From assembly GCA_963662625.1 (NCBI GenBank), contig OY759726.1:448001-512000 (forward strand): a stretch of 64,000 nt of DNA. The letters are read 5' to 3'. Positions 1 to 10,824 of the stretch are shown piece by piece; positions within the stretch are counted from its first letter, which is position 1, and each line of letters begins with the position of its first letter. The notes under the pieces are model-generated. The model was not told the DNA's origin. It made no database searches and saw only the letters and a list, made by a program, of their open reading frames with translations. The position numbers were made by a program, and so were the translations under genes. The stretch is from Nitrosopumilus sp. (GTDB taxonomy: Archaea > Thermoproteota > Nitrososphaeria > Nitrososphaerales > Nitrosopumilaceae).

Positions 1-418
1 CGACGTTGTCCGCAAACACGCCCACGACCGACTTGTTTTTCTCTATCACCATCTGGGACAGATCCACCATGTGGCTCTCCCGGATTCCACGGTCCACGAC
101 CCTGGCCAGCTCTATGACGTCGGGGTTGGGCGGGCCCGTCTCCACGCTGGGGTGCGACAGCGGGAGGAGCTCGGCGGTGCATATGAATATCCCCTTGTCG
201 CCCATGTCCGGGAACGGCCTGTCCGGCTGGATCTTCACGCCGCACACGACCTCGCTGTCCCCGAGCCTGACCTTGGCGGAGCCGTTGGCCTTCGGCACGG
301 CGTTGGTGTCAATCACCAGCTTCCGCGGCTCGTCGAGCGCCCTGCCGTCGGCGCGCTTTCCCTGCTCGAGCAGGGCCAGGATCTGCGTCTTCTTGAGGTC
401 GTCGAGCACCGAGGCCAT
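1..418 (-). CDS. rrp42: Exosome complex component Rrp42 (3' end runs off the window)
   Basis: Manual translation from ATG at 418: MASVLDDLKKTQILALLEQGKRADGRALDEPR...ELARVVDRGIRES; RNase PH fold, directly downstream of rrp41. Confidence 0.92.
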   Translation of the reverse strand, partial: MASVLDDLKKTQILALLEQGKRADGRALDEPRKLVIDTNAVPKANGSAKVRLGDSEVVCGVKIQPDRPFPDMGDKGIFICTAELLPLSHPSVETGPPNPDVIELARVVDRGIRESHMVDLSQMVIEKNKSVVGVFADNV

Positions 419-1156
419 CTACTTCCTTCCCCCGTTCTTGAAATACTTGTCGTTGAGAGCCTTCTTCTGCAGCTCGTAGACGAGCTTGCAGCCCTCGATC
501 CCGGTCTGGACGCACTTTTTGTACTCCTCGGCGGAGAGCACGCCGTCCAGCTGCAACAGGGTGATCTTGTCGAGGCTCGGCATGTAGCCGACGGGCATGT
601 CGGCCTGGCCGGCCTGGTCTTCCTCGTTGTTCACGTCGAGTATGACCGTGTCTGCCACCTTGCCGGCGGCGCACGCTGCGACCAGGTCCCTCATCGGGAT
701 CCCGGCGTCCGCAAGCGCGACCGACGCGGCTGACAGCGCCGCGCAGCGGGTGCCCCCGTCTGCCTGTATCACCTCTATGAACACGTCCACGGCCGTCCGC
801 GGGAACTGCTCCAGCATTATCGCCGGCGCGAGGGCCTCCTTGATGACCTTGGAGATCTCGATCTCCCTCCGCGAGGGGGCAGGGTTCTTCCTCTCGGTCA
901 CGGAGAACGGCTCCATGTGGTACCGCACCCGCAGTATCCCCGTGTCGGTGTCGGACATGTGCTTCGGGTGGACGTCCCTGGGCCCGAACACCCCGACGAC
1001 GATCTTGTTGTCCCCGAACTCGATGTACGCGGAGCCGTCGGCGTTCTTCAGCCCGCCCGCCTTTATCATGATCCTCCTGGGCTCGTCGACCTTCCTCCCG
1101 TCGCACCTGACGCCGTTCTCGTCCAGCAGCACCATGGTGGATTCCCGTCCGCCCAT
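419..1156 (-). CDS. rrp41: Exosome complex exonuclease Rrp41
   Basis: RCDGR, ADGSAYIEFG and QADGGTR motifs; exosome operon context. Confidence 0.95.
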   Translation of the reverse strand: MGGRESTMVLLDENGVRCDGRKVDEPRRIMIKAGGLKNADGSAYIEFGDNKIVVGVFGPRDVHPKHMSDTDTGILRVRYHMEPFSVTERKNPAPSRREIEISKVIKEALAPAIMLEQFPRTAVDVFIEVIQADGGTRCAALSAASVALADAGIPMRDLVAACAAGKVADTVILDVNNEEDQAGQADMPVGYMPSLDKITLLQLDGVLSAEEYKKCVQTGIEGCKLVYELQKKALNDKYFKNGGRK

Positions 1157-1837
1157 CTACGATTCGCTCCTTGATTCTAACATCGCCTTCACCTTCTCAG
1201 TCAAATTTGCAACGTGCGCATTCTCGTCAATCATCCTGATGGCCTTTTTGGCCTTTAATAATCCCTCTGTAGACTCGCAGGCGGCGACCACCCAGCCGTT
1301 CTGCCCTATGGTGACGGCCGCGTCGGTGGCCATCTCTATGGCCTGGATCATGGATCCCCTCTTCCCGATGAGCCGCGAGATGTTGCTCGGGGATATGGAC
1401 ATCAGATCGCCGGAGTCGATCTTGCCGAGGTCCCTGTCAGACACGGTCACCAGCGGGTCACGGGTCCTGTCAAAGTTGGCGATCCTGGCCGCGACGAGGT
1501 CGCCCGTCTTCAGCTTCGAGGTCAGCTCGTCGGCGTACGCCGAGAAGTTCCGGCCAAAGACGTCCTGGGCGGGCAGGAACCCCACATAGCACGAGTTGAT
1601 GTCGAGTTCCCAGGAGAGGGAGTTGTGGGAGATCACCTTGCCGACCACGAGGTCGTTGATCTTGGGCATGTACTTCCCGGCCATGGGTATCACCCTCACG
1701 GTATCGTCGTAGATTTCTGACACGCCCACCGCGGTGGATATTATCTTGCTGCCCTCGAGCACCGCGTTCTGGTCGGGCCTGAGGGAGTCGGTGGTTATTA
1801 CGTCCCCGGGCATCACGTACTTGCGCCTCATCTCCAT
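1157..1837 (-). CDS. rrp4: Exosome RNA-binding protein Rrp4 (S1+KH)
   Basis: YVMPGD, KYMPKINDLVVG, and KH motif RLIGKRGSMI...IGQNGWV. Confidence 0.93.
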   Translation of the reverse strand: MEMRRKYVMPGDVITTDSLRPDQNAVLEGSKIISTAVGVSEIYDDTVRVIPMAGKYMPKINDLVVGKVISHNSLSWELDINSCYVGFLPAQDVFGRNFSAYADELTSKLKTGDLVAARIANFDRTRDPLVTVSDRDLGKIDSGDLMSISPSNISRLIGKRGSMIQAIEMATDAAVTIGQNGWVVAACESTEGLLKAKKAIRMIDENAHVANLTEKVKAMLESRSES

Positions 1838-2523
1838 TACTCTACCACCTCTACCGTGGCCGAGCCCTTCGTTATGGAGCCCAATCTGTCTATCACGTTT
1901 GGCCTTGACGCAGCGGGTATTTCAAGTATTGCTTTTAGGGAGCCGTCGTTTTGCCACGTTTCCCGCGACAGGGATCCCACGGACTTTAGGACCGCGTAGG
2001 ACTGCCCGGCGTACTGGGCCGGCACTACGATCTCGAGCTGGAGGTTCTCCGACTTTAGCGGGATTATGGAACGCAGCTTTTCCACGACTTCCTTGACCTG
2101 CACGTCGGCGCCCTTTTGCGGGTCCACCGACACCCTCGCGTCCTTCATCGCCTGCTCTATCCTGAGAGGGGGGTGCGGCAGGTGCGTCTTGGGGTCCACG
2201 TATGTCTTGGCGATGGACTCGACGATCTGCCTCCTCTTCTCGTCGATCATCCTCCTCCTCTGGTCGGTGGTCAGGTTCAGGTCCCCCTTCTGGAGGATCT
2301 GCGCGGCGATCTGGGAGTGATCCTCCGTTTTGAACGCCCTGAGCAGCTTCTCGGCGGGAGGCTTCGTCCCCTTGCCGGAATCCGTGTAGATCTCGTCGGA
2401 GACCAGCACCGAGGAGACGTCCTTCTTCCTCCCGAGCTTGTATTCCAGCGCCGGATCGGGCTTTACCAGGATCTCGAACTTGTCCCCCTCGAAGGAGTAC
2501 CTCGCCACGGTGACTTCTGCCAT
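1837..2523 (-). CDS. Ribosome maturation factor SBDS/Sdo1
   Basis: KFEILV...IYTDSGKG...DPKTHLPHPPLRIEQAM motifs; exosome operon. Confidence 0.93.
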   Translation of the reverse strand: MAEVTVARYSFEGDKFEILVKPDPALEYKLGRKKDVSSVLVSDEIYTDSGKGTKPPAEKLLRAFKTEDHSQIAAQILQKGDLNLTTDQRRRMIDEKRRQIVESIAKTYVDPKTHLPHPPLRIEQAMKDARVSVDPQKGADVQVKEVVEKLRSIIPLKSENLQLEIVVPAQYAGQSYAVLKSVGSLSRETWQNDGSLKAILEIPAASRPNVIDRLGSITKGSATVEVVE

Positions 2524-2739
2524 TCACGGGATAGTGTGCACGGCCGTATTTATCTATACGTGGGAGTGCCGGCGCGCCTCCAGGCGCCGGGGGCGGGCGG
2601 CGGCGCGCGCAAGCGCGGGTCCCTCGGCGCGGCAGGCGCGGGCATTCCCCGGCCAGGCGCGGGGCCGGCGCGGGCCCGGACTCGTACGCAGGCATCCCAG
2701 CTAGATTTTTATTTGGACTTTGGAGATTTTGTTCAAGAT

Positions 2740-3375
2740 TTGCCCTCCCTAGAAGTAGTTGACAAGGACGACAAGAAAATGTCGGTCAAGCTCAAGGGCG
2801 TCCCGCTGCAGTATGCAAACGCGCTGAGGCGCGTCTGCCTGAACGGGATCCCGGTGTTCGCGATAGACACCGTGGACATCGTGGAGAACTCCTCGGTGTT
2901 CCCCGACGAGGGACTGGCGCACAGGCTGGGGCTGATCCCCCTGAGGACCGACCCGTCCGGGTACAGCGAGCCCGGAAAGTGCGAATGCCAGAAGGAGACC
3001 GGCTGCTCCAACTGCAAGGTGATGCTGATGCTGGACTCGAGGGACTCCGACGTGACGAGAACCGTCCTGTCAGGCGAGCTGTCGTCCGAGGACGAGCGCG
3101 TGGGGCCGATCTCGGGCCAGATCCCGATAGTACAGCTGGCCCCGGGCCAGAGGGTCAAGGCGGAGTGCTACGCGAGGCTCGGGAGGGGGACCGAGCACTC
3201 GAAATGGAACTCCTCGACAATCGCGACCCTGACGGAGACGGACAGGGAGGACGAGCGGATCCTGACGGTGGAGTCCACCGGCGCCCTTGCCCCGGAGCGG
3301 ATAATCCTTGCCGGGGTCGACGAGTTGAGCAGCAAGATTGCCGAGTTCAAGGGCATGATAGAGGCCATCGGCTAG
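2740..3375 (+). CDS. rpoD: DNA-directed RNA polymerase subunit D (Rpo3)
   Basis: ANALRRV, NSSVFPDEGLAHRLGLIPL and GRGTEHSKW motifs; TTG start inferred. Confidence 0.92.
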   Translation: MPSLEVVDKDDKKMSVKLKGVPLQYANALRRVCLNGIPVFAIDTVDIVENSSVFPDEGLAHRLGLIPLRTDPSGYSEPGKCECQKETGCSNCKVMLMLDSRDSDVTRTVLSGELSSEDERVGPISGQIPIVQLAPGQRVKAECYARLGRGTEHSKWNSSTIATLTETDREDERILTVESTGALAPERIILAGVDELSSKIAEFKGMIEAIG

Positions 3376-3459
3376 GCGCGCGCCGCGGGGCAGGACTTGG
3401 GCGGATTCCGGCCGGCGCAAGCACAGACATTATATTTGGGTTTCAAACCGCAGTATCAC

Positions 3460-3807
3460 ATGGCTAACCGGGTCGTCCTGCGCATGGCTAGGGAGCTCAG
3501 GAAGGCGTCTGCCAGGAACAAGGCGCCCATATGGGCAAAACTGGCAGAATACGCGCTAAAGCCGTCGTCCGCAAGGCGGGACATCAACCTGTACAGGATC
3601 GGCCAGCTTACCAAGGAGGACGACACCGTCGTGTTTCCGGGCAAGGTCCTGGGGGTGGGCTCCATCGGCCACAAGATCACGCTCTGCCCGTTCTCGATCT
3701 CGAGCGCGGCGGCAAGCAAGGTGCTCGAGAGTGGGGGAAGCGTCGTCAGCCACGCGGAGCTGATCGGGCGGAACCCTACCGGGAAGGGGGTCGTGATGCT
3801 TGGCTAG
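3460..3807 (+). CDS. rpl18e: 50S ribosomal protein L18e
   Basis: APIWAKLAE...INLYRI...VVFPGKVLG; operon order. Confidence 0.93.
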   Translation: MANRVVLRMARELRKASARNKAPIWAKLAEYALKPSSARRDINLYRIGQLTKEDDTVVFPGKVLGVGSIGHKITLCPFSISSAAASKVLESGGSVVSHAELIGRNPTGKGVVMLG

Positions 3808-4258
3808 CGGGCAGAAGGCGGAGACCGACAGGCCGATCGTGGTGGATGCCACGAACCACGTGGCGGGGAGGCTGTCCGCGAACGTGGCGAAACTGCTGCT
3901 GGACGGGAACAGGGTCTCGGTGGTAAACTGCGAGAAGATAATGATCAGCGGGACGCGGGCAAACATCATCAAGGAGTACAGGGAGTTCCTGGAGGTGGCG
4001 AGCATACTCAACCCAAAGCACGGCCCGTTCCACCCGAGGAGGCCCGACACCATCATGAAGAGGATGATCCGCGGCATGCTGCCTAGGAAGAAGCCGTCCG
4101 GGGTGGCGGCCCACAAGAGGCTGAGGACGTACATAGGATCCCCGAGGGAGCTGGGCGCCTTTGAGAAGATCCAGTTCGAGAAGGCGAAGATAACGAGGGT
4201 CCCCGCAGACTACACGACCATGGCCGACCTGGGAAGGACCGTGGGGTGGACGGAATGA
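3800..4258 (+). CDS. rpl13: 50S ribosomal protein L13
   Basis: VVDATNHVAGRLS, GPFHPRRPD, IRGMLP. Confidence 0.95.
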   Translation: MASGQKAETDRPIVVDATNHVAGRLSANVAKLLLDGNRVSVVNCEKIMISGTRANIIKEYREFLEVASILNPKHGPFHPRRPDTIMKRMIRGMLPRKKPSGVAAHKRLRTYIGSPRELGAFEKIQFEKAKITRVPADYTTMADLGRTVGWTE

Positions 4259-4704
4259 CGACGCCCAAGACGGAGATCTACTTTGCCACCAGGAAGACGG
4301 CCAGCGCGCACGTCTACATCACGAAGGGCAGGGGGAAGGTGAGGATAAACAACGTGCCTGTGGAGATGATCCCGCAGGAGACCGCTAGGGAGGCGATGCT
4401 GGTGCCGCTGGAGATCACGGGCGACCTGAGGGACAAGGTGGACATCTCGGTGCGCGTGAGGGGCGGCGGGTACATGGGCCAGGCAAGCGCCGCCGCCACG
4501 GGCATCGCGAGGGCGCTTACCGGGTGGACAAAGTCCAAGAAGGAGCCGAGGGACCACCCGTTTCCAAAGTCCACCAGGAAGGACCTGCGCAACAGGATTT
4601 CAGATTTCGACAAGTACCTCATCAGCGGGGACGCCAGGAGGAAGGAGCCGAAGAAGTTCGGCGGGCCCGGCGCGCGCAGAAGGAAGCAAAAGTCCTACCG
4701 TTAG
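4255..4704 (+). CDS. rps9: 30S ribosomal protein S9
   Basis: RKTASA, VRGGGYMGQA, KEPKKFGGPGARRRKQKSYR. Confidence 0.96.
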   Translation: MTTPKTEIYFATRKTASAHVYITKGRGKVRINNVPVEMIPQETAREAMLVPLEITGDLRDKVDISVRVRGGGYMGQASAAATGIARALTGWTKSKKEPRDHPFPKSTRKDLRNRISDFDKYLISGDARRKEPKKFGGPGARRRKQKSYR

Positions 4705-4707
4705 GCC

Positions 4708-5430
4708 GTGAAGGCTGTAATTCTGGCAGGCGGCAGCGGCACCAGGGGAAGGCCCTACACGGACTACTTCCCAAAGGCCATGACCCCCGTGTTCGGCAGG
4801 CCGCTGATCGACTACATCGTGGAATACCTGGGCAGGTTTGACTTTGTCGGCGAGGTGATCGTCGTGGCGGACCTCGAGGGCCTCGGAGGGCAGATAAGCA
4901 ACTACTACCAGAACCATTCCGGGGCGCGGCTGTCCTTCGTGCAGGACGCCGGGTGCGGCACCGGCGGCGACCTGCTGCACGTGGAGGGGGCGATCGGCGG
5001 CGACTCCGAGTTCGTCCTCTGGTTCGTGGACAACCTGTGCGCGGTCGACCTGGGGAAGATGAGGGACGTGTTCAGGGAGAAGCGGAGCGCCGCGTGCATC
5101 GCCACCAGGACCCGGAGGAGGGAGGAGACGGGCTTTGCCGTGGTGGAGGACGGCGTCGTCAGGAAGTTCATGGAAAAGCCCGTGGTGAGCCTGCCCATGT
5201 CCGAGTGCCTCGGGGTGTACATCCTGGGCAGGGAGGTGTTCGGCATGGTCAGGGCGAAGAAAAAGGGCGAGGTCAACCTGTCATACGACGTCCTGCAGGA
5301 GCTGTCGGGGGAGGGCAGGATCAGCGCGTTTGACGTCGGAAAGTCGGACTGGATGGACGTCGAGTCCCCCACGGTCCTGGAGAGGAACCGGAGGACCGCC
5401 AGGCGGATCATAAGGCAGATGGGGCTCTAG
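4708..5430 (+). CDS. Nucleotidyltransferase (NDP-sugar pyrophosphorylase family)
   Basis: MKAVILAGGSGTR..P.T..PKAM; GTGG; F.EKP. Confidence 0.85.
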   Translation: MKAVILAGGSGTRGRPYTDYFPKAMTPVFGRPLIDYIVEYLGRFDFVGEVIVVADLEGLGGQISNYYQNHSGARLSFVQDAGCGTGGDLLHVEGAIGGDSEFVLWFVDNLCAVDLGKMRDVFREKRSAACIATRTRRREETGFAVVEDGVVRKFMEKPVVSLPMSECLGVYILGREVFGMVRAKKKGEVNLSYDVLQELSGEGRISAFDVGKSDWMDVESPTVLERNRRTARRIIRQMGL

Positions 5431-5992
5431 GCCCCCGCTCGAACCGCGCGATCTCACCCTCGTGGCGCATGGTCTGCGCGATGTCGTCGAGGCCCTCCAG
5501 CAGGATCCGCTTCTTGTGGGGGTCGATCTCGAACCTGATCCGCTCCGGGCCGGCCGCCACCACCTGGCCCTCCAGGTCCACCTCCACCTGCCCCCGCCAC
5601 GACATCAGCCGGCCCACGGCATCGCGGTCCAGCGCCACCGGCAGGAGGCCGTTCTTGAAGCAGTTGCTGTAAAAGATGTCCGCGAAGGACGGGGCCACTA
5701 CCACCGAGAACCCGTAGTCCAGCAGGGCCCACACGGCGTGCTCGCGGCTGGAGCCGCACCCGAAGTTCTCGCCTGCCACCAGGATCCTGGAGCCCTCGTA
5801 CCTCGCGTCGTTGAGCACAAAGCCGGGCCGCGGGTTCCCCTCCCCGTCGTACCTCCAGTCGTGGAACAGGTACCTGCCGAAGCCGGACTTTTGCACCAGC
5901 TTCAGGAACTGCTTGGGGACGATCTGGTCGGTGTCCACGTTGACCTTGTCGAGCGGGGTTGCGACAGTCCTGACGCCGGCAAACGCTTCCAT
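5408..5992 (-). CDS. leuD: 3-isopropylmalate dehydratase small subunit
   Basis: [35 protein letters not shown]. Confidence 0.93.
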   Translation of the reverse strand: MEAFAGVRTVATPLDKVNVDTDQIVPKQFLKLVQKSGFGRYLFHDWRYDGEGNPRPGFVLNDARYEGSRILVAGENFGCGSSREHAVWALLDYGFSVVVAPSFADIFYSNCFKNGLLPVALDRDAVGRLMSWRGQVEVDLEGQVVAAGPERIRFEIDPHKKRILLEGLDDIAQTMRHEGEIARFERGPRAPSAL

Positions 5993-5993
5993 G

Positions 5994-7409
5994 TCAGCCC
6001 AGGTCCAGTTCCCTCACGTCCACGAAGCGCCCCTCGGTGGCCGCGGCGGCTGCCATGACAGGGCTCACAAGGTGGGTCCTGCCGCCGGCGCCCTGCCTGC
6101 CCTCAAAGTTCCTGTTGGACGTGCTCGCGCACCTCTCCCCCGGGGCCAGTATGTCGGGGTTCATCCCGAGGCACATGCTGCACCCGGACTCCCTCCACTC
6201 AAAGTTCGCCTCGGTGAAGATCCTGTCGATCCCCATCCCCTCTGCCTGCCTCTTGACCATCTGGGAGCCGGGCACCACCATCGCCCTCACGCCAGGCGCC
6301 ACCTTCCTGCCCCTCACGGCCCGCGACGCCTCGACCAGGTCCTCCAGCCTGGCGTTGGTGCAGGAGCCGATGAACACCCTGTCGATCTCGATCCCGGTCA
6401 TCGGGGTGCCCGGCTCCAAGCCCATGTACTCGAGGGCCTTCTGCGCTCCCCTCTCCCGGCCCTCGTCGCCTCCCCCGAACTCCTCTGGGGTGGGCACGGA
6501 GCCCGTCACGTCGCAGGTCATCGCGGGGCTCGTCCCCCAGCTCACCTGAGGCGCGATCCCGCCGACGTCCATCGCGTAGCTCCTGTCGTAAGAGGCGCCG
6601 CCGTCGGTCACCAGCTCCTCCCTCCAGCGGTCCACCATGGACTCGTAGTCCCTCGGGGTGTACTGCCTCCCCCTGAGGTACTCGAAGGTCTTCTCGTCGG
6701 GGGCGACCATCCCGGCCCTTGCCCCGGCCTCGATCGACATGTTGCACACGGTCATCCTCTGCTCCATGGAGAGATCGGACACCGCCCGGCCGCGGTACTC
6801 GAGCACCGTGCCGGTGCCGCCGGCGGTCCCGATGTTCCTGATCACGGACAGGACGATGTCCTTTGCCGTGACCGCGTGCGGGTTGCTGCGCCTCCCCTCG
6901 ACCCTGATCTCAAACGACCTCGGCTTTTCCAGCCACAGCGTCTGGGACGCGAGGACGTGCTCCACCTCGCTGGTGCCGATCCCGAGCGCCAGGGCGCCGA
7001 ACGCTCCGTGCGTGGAGGTGTGGCTGTCGCCGCACACTATGGTGGAGCCGGGCAGCGTGATCCCCAGCTGCGGCCCGATGACGTGGACTATCCCCTGGTT
7101 CGGGCTGCGCATGTCGAACAGCGTTACCCCAAAGTCCCTGCAGTTCCTTTCCAGGGCCCTCACCTGGATCGCCGACGTCTGGTCCGCCATCGGGAGGCCG
7201 CGGTCGCCCGTGGGGACGTTGTGGTCCACCGTGGCTATGGTGAGGTCGGGCCGCCGCACGGTCCTGTTGTTCATCCGAAGCCCGTCAAACGCCTGGGGGG
7301 ACGTCACCTCGTGGACCAGGTGCCTGTCGACGTAGAGCAGCGACGGGCCGCCGTCCCCCTCCACCACCACGTGCGAGTCCCAGATCTTCTCGAAGAGCGT
7401 CCGTCCCAT
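5994..7409 (-). CDS. leuC: 3-isopropylmalate dehydratase large subunit
   Basis: [47 protein letters not shown]. Confidence 0.95.
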   Translation of the reverse strand: MGRTLFEKIWDSHVVVEGDGGPSLLYVDRHLVHEVTSPQAFDGLRMNNRTVRRPDLTIATVDHNVPTGDRGLPMADQTSAIQVRALERNCRDFGVTLFDMRSPNQGIVHVIGPQLGITLPGSTIVCGDSHTSTHGAFGALALGIGTSEVEHVLASQTLWLEKPRSFEIRVEGRRSNPHAVTAKDIVLSVIRNIGTAGGTGTVLEYRGRAVSDLSMEQRMTVCNMSIEAGARAGMVAPDEKTFEYLRGRQYTPRDYESMVDRWREELVTDGGASYDRSYAMDVGGIAPQVSWGTSPAMTCDVTGSVPTPEEFGGGDEGRERGAQKALEYMGLEPGTPMTGIEIDRVFIGSCTNARLEDLVEASRAVRGRKVAPGVRAMVVPGSQMVKRQAEGMGIDRIFTEANFEWRESGCSMCLGMNPDILAPGERCASTSNRNFEGRQGAGGRTHLVSPVMAAAAATEGRFVDVRELDLG

Positions 7410-7410
7410 C

Positions 7411-7902
7411 CTAGCCCCGGCCCGCCCCGTACTTGAATAGCCCGCCCGCGGCTATGATGTCCCCGATGATGCCCGGGAACGGCCTGGTCTTGTACGTCTG
7501 GCCCGTCGTGACGTTCCTGATCTCGTTTGATCCGGCGTCGACGTCTAGCTCGTCCCCGTCAGATATGCCGCGGTACGCGTCCTCCCCGATCTCTATCGGG
7601 AGCAGGAACGCCCCGTCCACGGCGTTCCTGTAGAATATCCTCGCGAAGGAGAGCGCGAGCACCGCCCTCACGCCGGAGGTCGACAGCGCGATGGGCGCGT
7701 GCTCCCTCGACGAGCCGCACCCGAAGTTCTTCCCGGCGAGCACGAAGTCTCCCTCCCTCACCTTGGAATGGAAGTCGGGATCGATTCCCTCCATCGCGTG
7801 CGTCGCGAGCTCCTCGTAGTCGTGTATCTTGAGGTACTGCCCGGGGATTATGACGTCCGTGTCGATGTTGTCCCGCTCGTACTTTATGGCGCGCCCCCTC
7901 AA
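7411..7902 (-). CDS. Homoaconitase/isopropylmalate dehydratase family small subunit (HacB/DmdB-like)
   Basis: [26 protein letters not shown]; TTG start overlaps the stop of the upstream large subunit. Confidence 0.85.
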   Translation of the reverse strand: MRGRAIKYERDNIDTDVIIPGQYLKIHDYEELATHAMEGIDPDFHSKVREGDFVLAGKNFGCGSSREHAPIALSTSGVRAVLALSFARIFYRNAVDGAFLLPIEIGEDAYRGISDGDELDVDAGSNEIRNVTTGQTYKTRPFPGIIGDIIAAGGLFKYGAGRG

Positions 7903-9170
7903 TCCAGGTCCCTCGGGTCGGTGATCGTGCCCGTTACCGCCGACGCCGCGGCGACGAGGGGCGAGGAGAGGTACGTCTTGGACTCCACGTGCCCCATCCT
8001 TCCCGGGAAGTTCCTGTTGGTGGTGCTGATGCAGACCTCGTCCTTTGCCAGCACCCCCATGTGCGCGCCGCAGCACGCGCCGCATGTGGGCGGGCCCACC
8101 GTCGCGCCCGCGTCCAGGAAGACCCGGAGCAGCCCGTTCTCCATGGCGCGCCTGTAGATCGATATCGCGGCCGGGAGGATCTCTGTCCTGATCCTCACCT
8201 TCCTTCCCTTGAGCACCCTCGCGGCAGCCTCCAGGTCCTCGTACTTGGCGCCAGTGCAGGATCCTATGTACGACTTGTCCAGCTCCACGGACCCTACCTC
8301 CCTGACCACGGCGGTGTTCTCCGGCGAGAACGGCTTGGCGACCACCGGCTCCATCTCGGCCCCCTCGTACTCCAGGGTCTCGGAGTACCCGGCGTCGGCG
8401 TCCCCGTGCACCGGCCGCATGCCCGAGGCGCCCCTGGATGCCAGGTAGTCCTCGACCTTCCGGTCCGGCTCCACTATGCCGTTCTTGGCGCCGGCCTCGG
8501 TGGTCATGTTGCACAGCGTCAGCCTCCCCTCCACTGACATCTCCTCGATGCCCGTCCCGCCGAACTGCATGGCCCTGTAGGCGCCGCCGTCCGTGCCTAT
8601 GTCGCCGATTATCCTCAGGATGAGGTCCTTTGCCATCACGTGGTCCGGCAGCCTGCCGTTGAGCTTGAAATACGCCGTCTCGGGCACCCTGAACCAGATC
8701 TCCCCGTTCAGCAGCACGTACGCGATGTCAGTGTGGCCCAGGCCGCACGCGAACGCGCCCAGCGCCCCGGTGGTGTTCGTGTGCGAGTCCCCTCCGACGT
8801 AGACGTCGCCCGGGAGCACCATTGCCTCCTCGTGGGACAGCGTGTGGCAGATCCCGTACTGGCCCATGCCGTACTTGAAGTGCCTCTCAATCCCGTAGTC
8901 CCTGGCAAAGTTCTGCAGCTTCACGATGTTCTCGGCAGAGATCTTCTCGGCCGACGGGACGAAGTGGTCCTCGGCCACCCACACCCTCGAGGGATCCCAC
9001 AGCCTGTCTGTGGCGATCCCCTGCTCCCTTAGCTTGTCGAACACCTTGATCACCCCCGGGCCCGACACATCGTGGACCATCACCTTGTCCACCTTGGCAA
9101 ACACCACGTCGCCGGGATCCACGCGGTCCCGCCCCGAGGCCCGCGCGAGGATCTTCTCCACTATGTTCAT
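7899..9170 (-). CDS. Homoaconitase/isopropylmalate dehydratase family large subunit (HacA/DmdA-like)
   Basis: DSHTNT.GA, IGSCTG, CGACCGAH, STTNRNFPGRMG; archaeal type, about 420 aa. Confidence 0.87.
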   Translation of the reverse strand: MNIVEKILARASGRDRVDPGDVVFAKVDKVMVHDVSGPGVIKVFDKLREQGIATDRLWDPSRVWVAEDHFVPSAEKISAENIVKLQNFARDYGIERHFKYGMGQYGICHTLSHEEAMVLPGDVYVGGDSHTNTTGALGAFACGLGHTDIAYVLLNGEIWFRVPETAYFKLNGRLPDHVMAKDLILRIIGDIGTDGGAYRAMQFGGTGIEEMSVEGRLTLCNMTTEAGAKNGIVEPDRKVEDYLASRGASGMRPVHGDADAGYSETLEYEGAEMEPVVAKPFSPENTAVVREVGSVELDKSYIGSCTGAKYEDLEAAARVLKGRKVRIRTEILPAAISIYRRAMENGLLRVFLDAGATVGPPTCGACCGAHMGVLAKDEVCISTTNRNFPGRMGHVESKTYLSSPLVAAASAVTGTITDPRDLD

Positions 9171-9220
9171 AACCGAGAAGGCCAGTCCTGTGGATTAAAA
9201 GCTTTTCAGGGGCAGTAGCT

Positions 9221-10776
9221 GTATGAGGTCACGCGTGCTGACCCTTTAACCAGCAAGGCGCGATCACGCTGATCCTTACTGCAGGGGGTGCCAGTGCGTG
9301 CGTGGCAAGGCGCAGAACGACCAGGCAGCCGGGGGGCCTGCTGGCACTCGCGCCCGGCGATATCGACTCACTCAAGTCAAAATACGGGGAGGCGGTGGCA
9401 GAGAACAAGAGGCTCCAGGCCCGCCCCGCTTACTGCGGGAACGCCCACTCCCCGCCGTCGGCCAAGTCGCCGGGACGGGAGGAAGCCAGGCGGGCGAGGA
9501 GGAAGGCCCGGAGGGCGGCGGCGGAGGGCGGCGGCGCCCCCGCGGGGAGGCCCGGCGGGCAGCCGGGGCACCGCGGGGCGTCCCGCAGGCACGCGCCTGG
9601 ACGCACGGTGCGCCACGGGTTCAAGGGGGGCGTCCCGCCAGAATGCGGCCGGTGCGGCCGCGGGACCGTGCCGGGCAGGCCCGTCACGCGGGACATCCCG
9701 GGCTTCGAGGTTACCGTGACGGAGACGCGCCGCGCCGCCCGGGCCGACATCGGCCTCGAATGATTTCGATTCGATGCTCGCGGTTACCGTGACGGAGACG
9801 CGCCGCGCCGCCCGGGCCGCCGCGTGCCCCAAGTGCGGCAGGGGGCACGTGGCGCCAAGCGGCCTCCCGGCGCGCGGGGGCCGCGGCAAGAACACGGCGG
9901 CCGCGGCGGCCGCGGCGGCCGCGCTGCGCCACGCGGCCGTCCCGTTCGGGAAGACAGCGGGTGCCGTGCGGGAGATCACCGGGGCGAGGATCGCGAAATC
10001 TGCGGCCATAAACGTGGCGGGGCGCGCCCGCGGCGCGATGCGCGGGCAGTTCCGGGACATCGCGGGCCGCGCCGGGAGGCCCGAGAGGGCCGGGGCCGAT
10101 GAGACGCGCGCCAGCCTGGCGGGAGAGGGCGGGCGGGCGCGGGTCACCCGGTCCGGCAGGAACGCCGTGACCGTGCACGGCCGGAACAGGGGGCCGCGGG
10201 TGCCAGGCAGGCACGTGGACTGGTACCGCGGGACCGCCGCGCCCGGCAGGCCCTCCGCGCACGGGAGGTCCGGTACGGGCGGGCGCCGCCGGCCGTGCCG
10301 GTCCCGCGGGCTGCGGTAGCTGCGGCACGCGGCGGAGAGGAAGGGGGCGGCGCCGCGCGCCGGGGTGCCGCGCCGGCGGGCGTCCGGCGCGTGCGCCGGG
10401 GCGCTGGCGGCCGCCGCCTCGGGCAGGCACTCGGCGCGCCTGCGCCGCGCCTCCGGGTCTGGGATGCGCAGGCTGCCGTTCGGGCACGGGGACGCCGGGG
10501 GCACCGCGCCTGCCCCCCTGGCGGGCAGGCTGCAGGCGCCGCCGCCCCGCCCGTCCGCGTTCCCGGGGCACGGGGGGGCGGGCCCACGGACAGCGCCCCC
10601 GGGCGCGGCCTGCGGCACATGGCGGTGTCCCGAAAGACAGGCGGCCAGACCAAGGGCGGGAAGCCCTGGAGGGACAGGCGGTCCCGCTCCATGGCGTGCA
10701 TGATCACGTGGGAGAGGCACGGGAAATCCCTGTCAGGCGGGGTACCCAAGACAGTGTAGGGGTGGTGACCTCGTAC
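9221..10776 (+). mobile_element. Degenerate IS66-family element (fragmented TnpC-like transposase)
   Basis: Fragments: coiled coil + NAHSPPS + PGGQPGH.G + DIP..VTE...CPKCG + C-terminal ..TW..HG; 12-bp terminal inverted repeats GTATGAGGTCAC (9221-9232) and GTGACCTCGTAC (10765-10776), 11/12 match. Confidence 0.7.
9709..9819. repeat. Perfect 38-bp direct repeat separated by a 35-bp unique insert
   Basis: ggttaccgtgacggagacgcgccgcgccgcccgggccg at 9709-9746 and 9782-9819. Confidence 0.95.
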
Positions 10777-10824
10777 CACCACCTGCGCTTAAAAGGTTAA
10801 ATAAAAAAGCCCGGTTGCTGTACC

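Noticed and set aside
5811-7436. Long antisense and alternative-frame ORFs (also 20265-21668, 26753-28168, 28284-29828, 61143-62666)
   Set aside because: Shadow ORFs of high-GC3 genes; Arg/Pro/Gly-rich with no recognisable motifs.
5408-9170. Two adjacent aconitase-family large/small pairs as a novel duplication
   Set aside because: Consistent with leuCD plus a homoaconitase-type pair, an expected arrangement in this group.
9213-10784. 8-bp target-site duplication around the IS66 relic
   Set aside because: Flanks cagtagct and caccacct match at only 5 of 8 positions.
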